Source: Macrostomum lignano (taxonomy: Eukaryota). From it: a stretch of 64,000 nucleotides of DNA. Positions 23,601 through 35,790 of this stretch are shown piece by piece. The notes beneath the pieces were generated by a model, which saw only the letters and a program-made list of their open reading frames with translations, was not told where the DNA came from and searched no databases. Made by a program: the position numbers and the translations under genes. The stretch spans positions 1,116,001-1,180,000 of the forward strand of contig NIVC01000032.1 of NCBI GenBank assembly GCA_002269645.1, in the 5' to 3' direction. The number at the start of each line of letters is the position of its first letter. Position 1 is the stretch's first letter.

Positions 23601-26600
23601 TATTGTAGTTCACTTCACACCTAGTGGGTAAAGTTTGTTCGAGGTGGCTCCCAACCCAGTGGCTTGAGTTTAATCCTTATTTTTACTAGAGGTTACTCCA
23701 TGTCTATTGGTTAAATTTCATTTTTAGTGACTCCACGCCCTAGTCCCTAAAGTACATTCTAGGTCACTCCAAACCTAGTATTCAAAGTATATTCTAGGTC
23801 ACTCCACACCTAGTATTTAAAGTATATTCTAGGTCACTCCACACCTAGTATTCAAAGTATATTCTAGGTCACTCCACACCTAGTATTCAAAGTATATTCT
23901 AGGTCACTCCACACCTAGTATTCAAAGTATATTCTAGGTCACTCCACACCTAGTATTCAAAGTATATTCTAGGTCACTCCACACCTAGTATTCAAAGTAT
24001 ATTCTAGGTCACTCCACACCTAGTATTCAAAGTATATTCTAGGTCACTCCACACCTAGTCTTCAAAGTACATTCTAGGTCACTCCACACCTAGTATTCAA
24101 AGTATATTCTAGGTCACTCCACACCTAGTATTCAAAATACATTCTAGGTCACTCAACACTTAGTAGCTATAGTTCATTCGAAGTCAGATTACTTAATTCT
24201 AGTGGCTAGAGCTTTTAGGTCACTCAAAACCTAGTATTTCAAGTTCATATATATTATATTGGTTCATATATATTGGTTTTTGATTTGCTGCCACAAACAA
24301 ATAAGAAGTGTCGTATTAAAAGCATTATAAATCATATTTAAGCTTGAAATTACATCCTACATTCAGGCTCGAGAAGTAATGAGCGTTATCGACTTAGTAG
24401 CCATCCTGCCATACTACATTGGCCTATTCATGCCCGACAACAAAGACTTAAGCGGCGCATTCGTCACTCTGCGCGTATTTCGAGTGTTTCGAATTTTTAA
24501 ATTCTCCCGCCATTCGATGGGATTAAGAATTCTTGGCTACACTTTGCAGTCTTGCGCCTCCGAACTGGGCTTCCTACTGTTCTCAATGTCTATGGCCGTT
24601 ATCATATTTGCCACTGTTATGTTTTACGCCGAGAAAAACCAGCCAGATACTGGATTCTCATCCATACCTGCATCGTTTTGGTATACTATTGTTACTATGA
24701 CAACGTTAGGGTGAGTAGGCTTAACTGGTATCTTCTGTTAGATCTAGCCTTTTAGGTTAAATCTAAAAATTTCGGACCTGTTAGTAATGTCTCTTGTGGT
24801 TTACAATTTTTTTATATATGGCTAACTAGTTGGTCAAACTCCCAGAGGACTAAGGGCAGGCCAATGCAGTTATTATGATTTTATAAAGGTTTAGATGATA
24901 AACTAAGGTCACAAAGTACTTTTTGAAATCTGGCTAGAAATTTTAACTATCTTTTTTTGGCTCTGTAGGCTCTGTAGTGACTTTTTGTGGTAATCTGAAG
25001 GATTGGAGAGTGCACTTTGGAGTAATGAAGAGAGTCACTCGAGTATTGAGGGTTATCACTCTAGAATATTGGAGGGTGTCACTCTGAAGTGTTGGAAGGT
25101 GTCACTCTGGAGTGTTGGAAGGTGTCACTCTGGAGCATGCTTGGGCGCAACCTAGGGATTCACCCGGCCGTTTCTATTGGCAACACACACATGTAAGTCG
25201 CTATTGGACAGAATAGTAGTCACGTGAATGCTCTCAGCCAATAGCGACTTACATGTGTGTGTTGCCAATAGAAACGGCCGGGTGAATCCCTAGGTTGCGC
25301 ATGTATGCTCTGGAGTGTTGGAAGGTGTCACTCTGGAGTGTTAAAATGTGTAACTCTAGAGTATTGGAGGGTTTCACTCTAGATTATTGAAGTTGTAGGA
25401 TGTCCCTCTGGAATATTAAAGGGTGTCACTCTGGAGCATTGGAAGGTGTCACTGGAGTATTAAAGAGTGGCACTCTGGAGTATTAGGTTTTGAAGGTTTT
25501 TTTCGAAGGTCGAATTGGAAGGTTTATTAAAGAGTGGCACTCTGGAGTATTGAAGGGTGTCACTCCAGAGTACTCAAAGGTGGCACTCTGGAGTATTGAA
25601 GGGTGTCACTCCGGAGTACTCAAAGGTGGCACTCTGGAGTACTCAAGGGTGTCACTAGAGTATTGAAGGTGGCACTCTGGAGTATTGGAGGGTGTCACTC
25701 TGGAGTACATGTATTGAAGGGTATCAGTCTAAAGTACTCAAGGGTGTCTACCCTAGAGTATTGAGGGTGGCACTCTGGAGTATTAAAAGGTTGTCACTCT
25801 GGAGTATTGGAAGGTGTCACTGGAGTATTGAGGGGTGTCACTCTGGAGTAGTGGAAGGTGTCACTGGAGTATTGAGGGGTGTCACTCTGGAGTATTGGAA
25901 GGTGTCACAGGAGCATTGAGGGGTGTCACTCTGGAGTATTGGAGGGTATCACTCTGGAGTACATGTATTGAAGGGTATCAGTCTAAAGTACTCAAGGGTG
26001 TCGCGTCACTCTAAAGGATTAGAGTGGTAAGATGAAACTTGCATAGATCAAATACAGCAGTTAACAGAAGATATCTTATTGCTGTTAAAGTAGACCAGGT
26101 AAATAAAAATGGTAATGTGCTTCACCAATTTGCAGGTACGGCGACATTGTCCCGGCAACCATAATGGGCAAAATAGTGGGCGGAGTTTGCTCTCTATCCG
26201 GCGTGCTGGTAATAGCCCTGCCCGTGCCAGTAATTGTCAGCAATTTCTCTCGGATCTATCATCAGAATCAGCGGGCCGACAAGAGAAAGGCGGAAAAGGT
26301 TTGAGTTTTATTGTAATATCTGTGCATCCCACCAACATGGGGTTAGTTGATTTGAATCTCATTGCTCAACATGGGATAGAGAACTCCTTCGATGTAACCC
26401 ATAAATCCCAAATCCCTTTCAAAGTGTAGCTGAGATCCTAAATCCCCTCCAATGTGTGACTGAGATACCAAATCTCCAATATGTAACTGAGATCCCAAAT
26501 CCCTCCATGGTGTGACTGAGATCCCAAATCCCTTTCAAGGTGTGACTGAGATCCTAAATCCCCTTCAAGTTGTAACTGAGATCCTAAATCCCTTCCAATG

Positions 26601-28121
26601 TGTGATTGAGGTCCCTAATCCCCATCAAGGTGTAACTGAGATCCCAAATCCCCTCCAATGTGTGACTGAGATACCAAATCTCCTCCAATATGTAACTGAG
26701 ATCCCAAATCCCTCCATATAGTGACTGAGATCCCAAATCCCTTTCAAGGTGTGACAGATCCTAAATCCCCTCCAATGTGTGACTGAGATACCAAATCTCC
26801 TCCAATATGTAACTGAGATCCCAAATCCCTCCATGGTGTGACTGAGATCCCAAATCCCCTTCAAGGTGTGACTGAGATCCTAAATCCCCTTCAGGTTGTA
26901 ACTGAGATCCTAAATCCCCTTCAGGTTGTAACTGAGATCCTAAATCCCTTCTAATGTGTGATTGAGGTCCCTAATCCCCATCAAGGTGTGACTGAGATCC
27001 CAAATCCCCTCCAATGTGTGATTGAGATCCCAAATCCCCTCTAAGGTGTGACTGAGATCCCAAATTCCAAATGCTATTCAATCAATAATCCTATTTGCGT
27101 AACATTGTTGCAGAAATCCCGCCTAGCTCGCATCCGGTTGACCAAAGCCACTTCCGGTGCAGCATTCATCGCTAGCAAGCTGCGCTGCAGTGGATCCGCC
27201 GATGCAGCGGCACTCGCAGCCGCTTCTGGTGCATCAGACGAGCATCTAGCAGGCAATCATAGCGCCGCTTCAGCCGCGTCTAACGCTGTTGCTGCTGCTA
27301 CCTCCGCGGCCGTTGCTGGGCCATTTGAACGGCAGCATTATCATTTGCTCACCTGTCTGGAGCGCACGACTGTGAGTTCAAGACGCCTAATACTTATCTA
27401 TAGATACAATGCACCTGTCATACAAGTAGTATAGTGAAAAAAATCTTGACAGTTATTTATTACACCTGCTCTAATGCTATTGCGCGGCGCATCTGAAGGC
27501 TGCGTATGGCTGTTCAGTCCAATGACTGGGGGGGGGTCGCCACACACATCCTCAGTTACCCCAGCTAATGCTGGTATCCATTTTACAGCTGGGTGAACTG
27601 AAGCAATGCAGAGTTAAGTGTTTTGCTCAAGGACACAAATTGTTCCAGTGGGATTGGGAATCGAACCCCCGACCTTCAAATCGTGAGTCCGATGCTCTGA
27701 CCACTAGGCTAAAAACACCTTTAACTTGGATTGCTATGTAAAGAAAAAAGTACAAAAAATCACATCGGAAATAACTTATTCGATGACGAGGAATTCACTT
27801 TAAATGCTACAGCTATATTTACTCCTGCCTTTTACTCTTAAAAAATTATATTTAATTCTCATGTATGATGATCAGGGTCGCGAGTTTGCGGATGTTGACC
27901 AGGCTGACTTGCAGTCGCTTCAATGGGATCTGAAAATTCAAGAGAAATCAACAGCTCAGTCTCCATCAATTCACGCTGCTAATGCTGATGATGATGATGA
28001 TGCTGATGATGATGATGATGCCGAAGTAGCGGTAGCCTCGGGTGAACCCGGGACCGTCAGCGGCTGTTGCGGCATTCTGGGACTCGGATTGAGCTGTAAC
28101 ACAGACGGGACTAAACAGCTG
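20698..28121 (+). CDS. KCND: Voltage-gated K+ channel Kv4/Shal; exons 20698-20822, 20954-21163, 22620-23061, 24367-24710, 26136-26298, 27114-27371, 27876-28121 (596 codons; 3' end unresolved)
   Basis: Diagnostic N-terminus [22 protein letters not shown]1 domain ([23 protein letters not shown]), S4 [15 protein letters not shown], filter TTLG|YGD, S6 [23 protein letters not shown]-terminal [12 protein letters not shown]. All junctions are GT-AG with matching phases. Confidence 0.97.
21400..22478. mobile_element. About 1.08-kb foldback element in Kv4 intron 2 with nested inverted arms
   Basis: Outer arms 21400-21572 / 22307-22478; inner arms 21669-21800 / 21935-22067, highly similar reverse complements. 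Confidence 0.9.
23130..23533. mobile_element. MITE family copy 1 (internal 18-bp IR CTACTTTCAGTTCAGTAG; left outer TIR partly deleted)
   Basis: 23158-23175 is the reverse complement of 23472-23489; the body is homologous to 54633-55247. Confidence 0.8.
23745..24165 (+). repeat. 35-bp minisatellite (ATTCTAGGTCACTCCACACCTAGTATTCAAAGTAT)n, about 12 units, Kv4 intron 3
   Basis: Near-identical tandem units with period 35. Confidence 0.95.
25030..26005 (+). repeat. Degenerate about 23-bp minisatellite (GTCACTCTGGAGTATTGRAGGGT), Kv4 intron 4
   Basis: Direct tandem units, interrupted by the 25145-25300 palindrome. Confidence 0.9.
25145..25300. repeat. 156-bp palindrome: 63-bp perfect arms with a 30-nt loop
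   Basis: 25145-25207 is the exact reverse complement of 25238-25300. Confidence 0.97.
26385..27070 (+). repeat. About 33-bp minisatellite (GTGTGACTGAGATCCCAAATCCCCTYCAA), Kv4 intron 5
   Basis: About 20 tandem variant units. Confidence 0.95.
27452..27719 (-). mobile_element. tRNA-derived SINE, family 1 (near full length), Kv4 intron 6
   Basis: Minus strand: A-box TAGCCTAGTGG, B-box GGTTCGATTCC, same body as 8479-8769. Confidence 0.88.
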
Positions 28122-28254
28122 GTAAGTAATTTTATTTGCTTTGAATTGTTATGGATTCCTGCTTTTCTGGCATCATTTGTATTTCGCATTGTAGGAATAT
28201 ATATTGTGACTCAAATATCCGTTATAGGAATACGAGTATTGTGACTTGAATAAC

Positions 28255-28760
28255 CCGGTCTACCCTCACAGTCTACCCTTCCAATCTACCCTCCCAGTCT
28301 ACCCTTCCAATCTACCCTCACAGTCTACCCTTCCAATCTACCCTCCCAGTCTACCCTTCCAATCTACCCTCACAGTCTACCCTCACAGTCTACCCTTCCA
28401 ATCTACCCTCCCAGTCTACCCTCCCAGTCTACCCTCCTAGTCTACCCTCACAGTCTACCCTTCCAATCTACCCTCACAGTCTACCCTTCCAATCTACCCT
28501 CACAGTTTACCCTTACAATCTACCCTCCGAGTCTACCCTCCCAATCTACCCTCCCAGTCTACCCTCCCAGTCTACCCTCCCAATCTACCCTCCGAGTCTA
28601 CCCTCCCAATCTACCCTCCCAGTCTACCCTCCCAATCTACCCTCCCAGTCTACCCTCCCAATCTACCCTCCCAGTCTACCCTCCCAATCTACACCCCCAG
28701 TTACCCTGACACTACCCTCCCAGTCTACTCTACCCTGACAGTCTACCCTCACATTCTACC
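28255..28760 (+). repeat. 12-13 bp minisatellite (TCTACCCTCCCAG / TCTACCCTTCCAA)n
   Basis: Direct tandem units. Confidence 0.95.
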
Positions 28761-29659
28761 ATTCCTTCTATTTGCTGTCCTTTGCTGTTCTAGTTTAGTT
28801 TAACTCTAAGCTTAGCATAGTTATTATCCTTGGCGCAACAAGCGTCACTAGCAATTCTCATTAGAACTGTACTGCAGTGTCCATTTAGTTGGGTTCTGCC
28901 GCCTGCCCATGGCAATTCCCTCCTATCCTTATGCTGGCGAACCCGATCGCCCATCACCGCCCCTTCCCTTAGCAACAGAGCTCCCTTCCGATTAACATTC
29001 TCCCCACCCCCAACATTGCTGGCGGGTTATTAGAGTTTCCGGGGTCCCCGGGGCTTAACTGGACCTAAAGGGTTGACGCGTATCTCCGCTTGGCTAGGCA
29101 AAATAGATGCTTGTCACAAAATTGGGCCTCTGAAACCCTCTAGTCTAGCTGTGCCATCCTTGCCCCAATATTGAGTACAAATTGCTTTTGAGCTCGCGGG
29201 ATAAACAGTAAACAGTTTTTTCTCTATCTCTCTCTCGCAAGCGTTTAGCCGCCCGCACTTCAGGGAGTAGCCGCGTGTGTTAGTAGGTTAAAATACATGC
29301 GTTGACTCAATTTTTCATGCCGGTCGGCTAAGCATTAACATTCCGAGTGCAGTTCCGGCGCGGCGCCGCTCTCCCTGAGGCGGTTTTGCCCAAAAACTCA
29401 TCAGTATTATCTGACCTGCTGTTTGCTACTCGATATTTGAATATAGACCTAATTTTCCATCTGTTTTGGCGTAGTGGGACAGGCCGATAGAGTTGTGCGT
29501 ATTTCGGCTCATTTTTTGAAGTACTTAGAGGGGAGGGTTGGAGTCTACTAATTTGGCTGGCTCAGTGTCCTGTTCCGCTGCGGGCTGACTTGTTTCTTTA
29601 CTTTTTTCTTCTTTGCCGACTCAGCTCCGGTTACGGCAAGTAGGTCACTAAAACACTGA

Positions 29660-30257
29660 CCTACAGACAGGCTGGCAGACAGACAGATAGACAGACAGAC
29701 AGGCTGGCAGGCAGGCACTAAGACAGACAGACAGCACTAAGACAGACAGACAGCCACTAAGACAGACAGACAGACACAGAGACAGACAGACAGCCACCAA
29801 GACAGACAGACAGACACTAAGACAGTCAGACAGACACTAAAACAGACAGACAGCCACAGAGACAGACAGACAGACACTAAGACAGACAGACAGACAGACC
29901 GATAGACAGCCACTAAGACAGACAGACGGACAGACAGACACTAAGACAGACTGACAGACACTAAGACCCAAAGACAGGCAGACAGACACAGAGACCGACA
30001 GACAGACTCTAAGACAGACAGACAGACACTAAGACAGACAGACAGACACTAAGACAGACAGACACTAAGACAGACAGACAGACACTAAGACAGACAGACA
30101 CTAAGACAGACAGACAGACACTAAGACAGACAGACAGACACTAAGACAGACTGACGGACACTAAGACTCAAAGACCGACAGACAGACACTAAGACAGACT
30201 GACAGACACTAAGACAGACTGACAGACACTAAGACTCAAAGACAGACAGACACACTA

Positions 30258-30306
<49 letters not shown>

Positions 30307-30605
30307 CTAAGACAGACTGACGGACACTTAGACTCAAAGACCGACAGACAGACTCTAAGACAGACAGACAGACACTAAGACAGACAGACAGACACTAAGA
30401 CAGACAGACACTAAGACAGACAGACAGACACTAAGACAGACAGACACTAAGACAGACAGACAGACACTAAGACAGACAGACAGACACTAAGACAGACTGA
30501 CGGACACTAAGACTCAAAGACCGACAGACAGACACTAAGACAGACTGACAGACACTAAGACAGACTGACAGACACTAAGACTCAAAGACAGACAGACAGA
30601 CACTA

Positions 30606-30650
<45 letters not shown>

Positions 30651-31117
30651 CTAAGACAGACTGACGGACACTTAGACTCAAAGACAGACAGACAGACACT
30701 AAGACAGACAGACAGACACTAAGACAGACAGACAGACAGACACTAAGACAGACTGACGGACACTTAGACTCAAAGACCGACAGACAGACACTAAGACAGA
30801 CTGACAGACACTAAGACTCAAAGACAGACAGACAGACACAGAGACCGACAGACAGACTCTAAGACAGACAGACAGACACTAAGACAGACAGACAGACACT
30901 AAGACAGACAGACAGCCACTAAGACAGACAGACAGACACTAAGGCAGACAGACAGACACTAAGACAGACAGACACTAAGACAGACAGAAACTAAGACAGA
31001 CAGACACTAAGACAGACAGACAGACAGACAGACAGACACTAAGACAGACTGACAGACACTAAGACTCAAAGACCGACAGACAGACACTAAGACTCAAAGA
31101 CAGACACTAAGACACTA

Positions 31118-31150
<33 letters not shown>

Positions 31151-31210
31151 CTAAGACTGACTGACAGACACTAAGACTCAAAGACCGACAGACAGACACT
31201 AAGACGGACA
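29660..31210 (+). repeat. (AGAC)n microsatellite punctuated by ACTAAG, about 1.55 kb
   Basis: Directly visible; the reverse-complement motif (TTAGTGTCTGTCTG) occurs in nucleolin intron 1. Confidence 0.95.
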
Positions 31211-31211
31211 G

Positions 31212-31399
31212 GCATGAGCACACGCATCCACACTACAATGCCAGCATACTCCGCCGTCGCACTCCCGCAGTCTGGCCGAAGCAGCCCGGCTGAAGAAGCG
31301 GTTGGAATTGAATCAATCAGTTTAAAGGCGCATCATCTGGTTGACGAAACTGGTGCACCGGCCGCCGCGGCGACGTCCGGCACATCCGCAGCGGTCTAG
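31212..31399 (+). CDS. Candidate terminal exon of Kv4 (MSTRIHTTMPAYS...AATSGTSAAV*)
   Basis: GC-rich, Ala/Ser-rich ORF after ACAG and before an AT-rich 3'UTR-like region. It needs a phase-1 partner; direct splicing from 28121 gives GCA TGA. Confidence 0.4.
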
Positions 31400-31959
31400 A
31401 CAGACGGCCTGGTTTGTAGAAGAATACAAGGAATTTTGTTCATCTTATTTTTTGTTTAAATTTTTCTCAATTCTGTCGTATTCCATAGCAGCCCTTATTA
31501 AAATGATTACAATGTTATATAATATTTTTCTGTTTTCTAGTTGCACACACAACCGCTAAGTCGTTTGCACAAATAGTAAATAGATTATGTTCTTTTGTTC
31601 TCTTTTTTTAGTTTGCTCTGTTTATCTGTAGAACTAATTATAAAATATACCTAAGACAGAAATTGAACTGCTTTCTTTTTATCATTCTTTGGGTGTTGTT
31701 TTGTCTTTAAAACATTATTTTACTACTTACTTGTACTTTAAGTAACCTAGGTTAATTATTGTTTAGTTGGTCTTAGTAATGGTTGACTTACATTATTACG
31801 TCGGTACCGTTTATTTAGGTCTAGAAAATTGTTATTGCTTTTGACAAGAGGCAGACCCAATGTTCATATTTTGTTATGTTTTTTTGCCTTTCTTATAGAT
31901 CTATTGATATCCAAAAAGCTTTTTGTTTAGAAAATGAGGATTCTATGGTAATTTTTATT

Positions 31960-32375
31960 CTGCGTACAGTTGCCAGTTGCACGTGTCCTGTGCCTAAGTA
32001 CTATTAAAATGGCACGGCTCGGCTCATTGGTTTTATGAATCTATTTTGTCATTCTTAGCTCACTGTGTAAAAGTGTGTGTAACATGATAAAATGGATTCA
32101 TAGAACCAAGGAATCGAAATGTGCCATGCGTTTTTATGATTTTTAGGTACAGGGAATGTACATAGAAGAAAAAATTAACACAGAATCCTAATTTTCTGAT
32201 CGAAAAGCTGTATGATTATCAATAGAGCTATAAAAAAGGCACAACATATCCAAAGAAAAACATTTGGTCTGCCTCCTATCGAAAGCAATATAAAAATTTT
32301 TGTGCTGAAAGATGAAAACCGGCCTTCTAAAATTTTCCAAGAAACGAGGTTTCTCGTCCTACTTAAGTAGTTCTG
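31960..32375. repeat. Second copy of the 780-1190 dispersed fragment, with a local inverted duplication
   Basis: Shared blocks as above; 32021-32052 is an approximate reverse complement of 32084-32115. Confidence 0.6.
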
Positions 32376-32499
32376 AGTTTTTAGGCCAACCGACAGACTT
32401 CATACTGAATCAAATAGAATTTTGGCCATAGACATTCTCAGCGGACTGGCTGCCATCTTATTGTTTATCCGGTGGCCCGTAGCCATAGATCTTATCCAA

Positions 32500-32715
32500 G
32501 ATATTCTCGATTCCAAGTGCAGTCACATTAATTTGTGGCTAAATTGGAATCTCGGCTTGGCTCTGCTCGTGCAATTTAAGGCCCCTGAGGGCCAACCCCC
32601 TAGGCACAGTGAAGTGTACATGCCTAACGATAAAATAAAGTTAGGGCCGCTGTACACTCCTGTGTGAGTGTGTGCCTGCGTACGTATCCGCGCGCTTGTG
32701 TGCCTGCTCAGGGGA
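32500..32715 (+). mobile_element. tRNA-derived SINE, family 2 (head truncated)
   Basis: CTCGATTCCAAGTGCAGTC...GCTGTACACTCCTGTGTGAGTGTGTGCCTG...CCTGCTCAGGGGAGT shared with 55770-56003 and 58463-58634. Confidence 0.75.
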
Positions 32716-32842
32716 GTTGAAACGTTGCACAGATTTATTGTTTTTAAGGTGTAGGAGACGTAAATTTGTTTTCAAGTTAGACTTATAAATCTTTTAATTT
32801 TCGTATCAACTGCAATCTTGTGCTTAAACAAACAAATCTGCA

Positions 32843-34521
32843 ATGGGTCCAATTCAAGACATCATCACCAGCACAGATGATTCCTCTGCACTAACCGCTG
32901 CGGAACGGGCCCACCTGTTGGTTTATAGTCACGCCGAATCGCCTAGCAACACTTTAGTAGCCTATTCTACTAATTTTGGTCAAGTATTATTGTGCAACAT
33001 ACATTCAGCTAATTGTTCGAACGATTCAGTTAATGCTGATTTAACTTCGACCAATGTGTCGGCTGTTGAACCATGCTTATCGCCTATTAGCATTTTCAAA
33101 GCTAATAATTTTGGTATTTATTGTTTAGCAACAATCGCTAGCTCTGGTGATAGTAGTGAGCATGGATTCATGGCGGCTGGTTCTGCTAATGGAGTTTTCG
33201 GTTACAGTTGGACAGATTTAGTCAATCTTGATGGTTACGACGCTTCACCAGCTGTCAGATGGCGCTTGGATTTATCTGGCGGCACCGCCAATTCATTGGC
33301 AAGCATGTCCGATGGTCATCAGCTCATTGTTGCCTGCAATGACGGGTGCGTGAAATTGTACGATTTAGGTCACGGTGGTCGACTGGTCCGCGCTTGGAGT
33401 TTCGGTTAGTATAGAATAATAATGTTTTCTTTATTAGTGATGTTATATTGTTGACTATGGCCAGACCAGAACTCTAGCTTAGTTGTCTATGGTCAAACCG
33501 GAAATCTAGATTAGTTGTCTTTGGTCAAACCAGAATTCTAGATTAGTTGTCTATGGTCAAACCAGAACTCTAGATTAGTTGTCTATGGCCAAACCAGAAA
33601 ACTACTAGTCTATGGCCAAACCAGAGAACTGTTAGTCAATGGCCAAAACAGCTTTTGATTGTCTATGGCCAATGCAAAAACACTAGATTGGTTGTCTATG
33701 GCCGAACACTAAGTCTATGTACTAGTTTTTCATGGTTACAGCAAAAATCTTTATCTTTAATGTGCCTAAAAAGTATAGTTTATAGTTATTATCATTTTTA
33801 TATGCCCATGAGCAACAATCAAACTTTTTGGTTTGGCCATAAGCAACTGTCAACTTGCAATCGAGCTAAAATATTCAACCAAAGCTTTTATCTTTCATTT
33901 AAACTAATATTTCTACCAGATGATTCTTCATCCAACCAGTCGGCCGCATCAGTTCTTCGAGTTACCGTCGGCTCATCCGATTCTAGCTCAGCCGTCTGCT
34001 CAGACGAAGCAGGTTTTGTTCGTTTCTTAGACTCGCGTCAGCGCTCAGTTCGCAACAGTTTCCAACCGGCACTTGCTGCCCCAGATTCTGTTGCTAGGCC
34101 GTATCTAGGCAATTGGCTAACCTGTTTAGCCTGCCGACCGGACACCGTAGATTGGTTCGCCTGCGGCGGCGGGCCTCGCTTAGCTATTTGGCATAGTGCC
34201 AATTTAATCGAACCAATTGCTACCATAGACTGGCAACCAACTGACCAGTTTACTCCGTTCTGCGCCGAATTTTCACCTTGCGATCGACTCCTAGTTGGCG
34301 GAAATTCTTCCTTAGTTGGTCAAGTGTCAACAGTCAATGGCAGTTTAGTTTCCAAAACTAAACTGTCTTGTTGGCAGACTATGTCTATTGGATGTTTAGG
34401 CATCGGCGGAGATAGCGGATTGTCCAGCGTGAGAGACTGGCGATTCACTGGCTGCGGTCTTGGTTCTCGAATCGACGTTTGCTCTCAGCTTGGCTATCGG
34501 CTGTTTAGTCTGTCTGCTTGA
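32843..34521 (+). CDS. THOC6: THO complex subunit 6 (WD40); exons 32843-33404 and 33920-34521 (387 aa)
   Basis: HLLVYSHAESPS...TNFGQ, RPYLGNWLTCLA...DWFACGGGPRLAIWH and C-terminal RIDVCSQLGYRLFSLSA* match recalled THOC6 motifs; phase-1 intron GTTAGT...CCAG. Confidence 0.88.
33455..33720 (+). repeat. Degenerate about 33-bp repeat (TCTAGATTAGTTGTCTATGGTCAAACCAGAA) in the THOC6 intron
   Basis: About 6-7 decaying units. Confidence 0.8.
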
Positions 34522-35269
34522 AACTCTATTGTCTTTTTTTACGTGTCAGGAGTCGTGAACAAGGGAAGTTAAGAGGCTCTAGAGTGCATAGTGCTGAATG
34601 GGGTCGAGGGCCGCTTTGCACCCTGTGTGAGACCCGTTGAAAACTTTACCGTGGGAAGAATCTCTACAGTCATTTAAAAACAACGCACCAGCGACATCTG
34701 TGACTCTTCAACGACTCAAACAACTGTTTTAGTCACGAGAGCATCACGTGAGTTGCAGAATCGTAAAAAAAAGTCTCAAAAAGTCGTCCAAGATTCGCAC
34801 GAGCCTTAACTTTCTGCTGACTTGAGTAGACTAAATAGAACTCAGAACAAGCTGTTAAAAGCAATACTATAGGTAAACCTCTTGAAATCGGCTTTTCATT
34901 GGTTCCGATTAGTTAGGCTGAAACTATCCCCAGCGCTAAAGACTAGTGGCTTATATTTGAATTAAGTAGAAGGCATGAGGGGGCTTCTGTGATTACGCTA
35001 TAGTTTCATACATACAGTTCGGATTAACCGATAAATTTTATGCTATTGTAATCTGGATAGAACAACTCTTTGAATAAAAATATACCATCTTTTGGATATA
35101 AACTAGTTTTTGTCTCACTTTATTGTCTTAAAATGCCTCTGATTTCTCAAGCAGGATATAAAAGAAACTATAGATGCGCAGGCTTGGCCCATGGGGAGAA
35201 GAATGCAGATTATTTTCTGATTGTTTCGAAGATGCTGCGGGTGGATGTCTATGTAGGACGTCTGTTGTG

Positions 35270-35790
35270 CTCTGATAATATGGATGGATTTAGGGGGATT
35301 ATGGATGACGTTTTCGGAGTAAGTGTGTCCCTATTTTTTTCTTCAGGGATAATATGGATGGATTTAGGTGGATTATAGATGACGTTTTGTGAGCGAGTGC
35401 GTCCCACTCCTTTTTTCTGATTCTGTCGGGGATAATATGGATGGATTTAATGGGATTATGTTCGAAGTTTTCGGAGTAAGTAGGACACCTGTTATGCTCT
35501 GATTCTGTCGGGGATAATATGGATGGATTTAATGGGATTATGGAGGACTTTTCGTGAGCGAGTAGGACATCTGTTGTGCACTGATTCTGTCGGGGATAAT
35601 ATGGATGGATTTAATAGGATTATGTTCGAAGTTTTTGGAGCAAGTGCGACCCCCCTTTTTTCTGATTCTGTCAGGGATAATATGGATGGATTTAATAGGA
35701 TTATGTTCGAAGTTTTTGGAGCAAGTGCGACCCCCCTTTTTTCTGATTCTGTCAGGGATAATATGGATGGATTTAAAAGGATTATGGAGG
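35270..35790 (+). repeat. About 81-bp tandem repeat, 7 units, conserved core GATAATATGGATGGATTTA..GGATTAT
   Basis: Period 81 in the youngest units (35662 to 35743); explains ORFs 35492-35827 and 35523-35885. Confidence 0.9.

Noticed and set aside
23745-24165. 35-bp repeat array as a CRISPR locus
   Set aside because: Units are head-to-tail with no unique spacers; eukaryotic intron; no cas genes.
27660-27719. tRNA genes at SINE heads (also about 8490, 58590, 60700)
   Set aside because: A/B boxes are present but no complete cloverleaf, and each is fused to a shared SINE body.
35270-35790. Repeat-spacer pattern as CRISPR
   Set aside because: Inter-core segments are homologous variants of each other.
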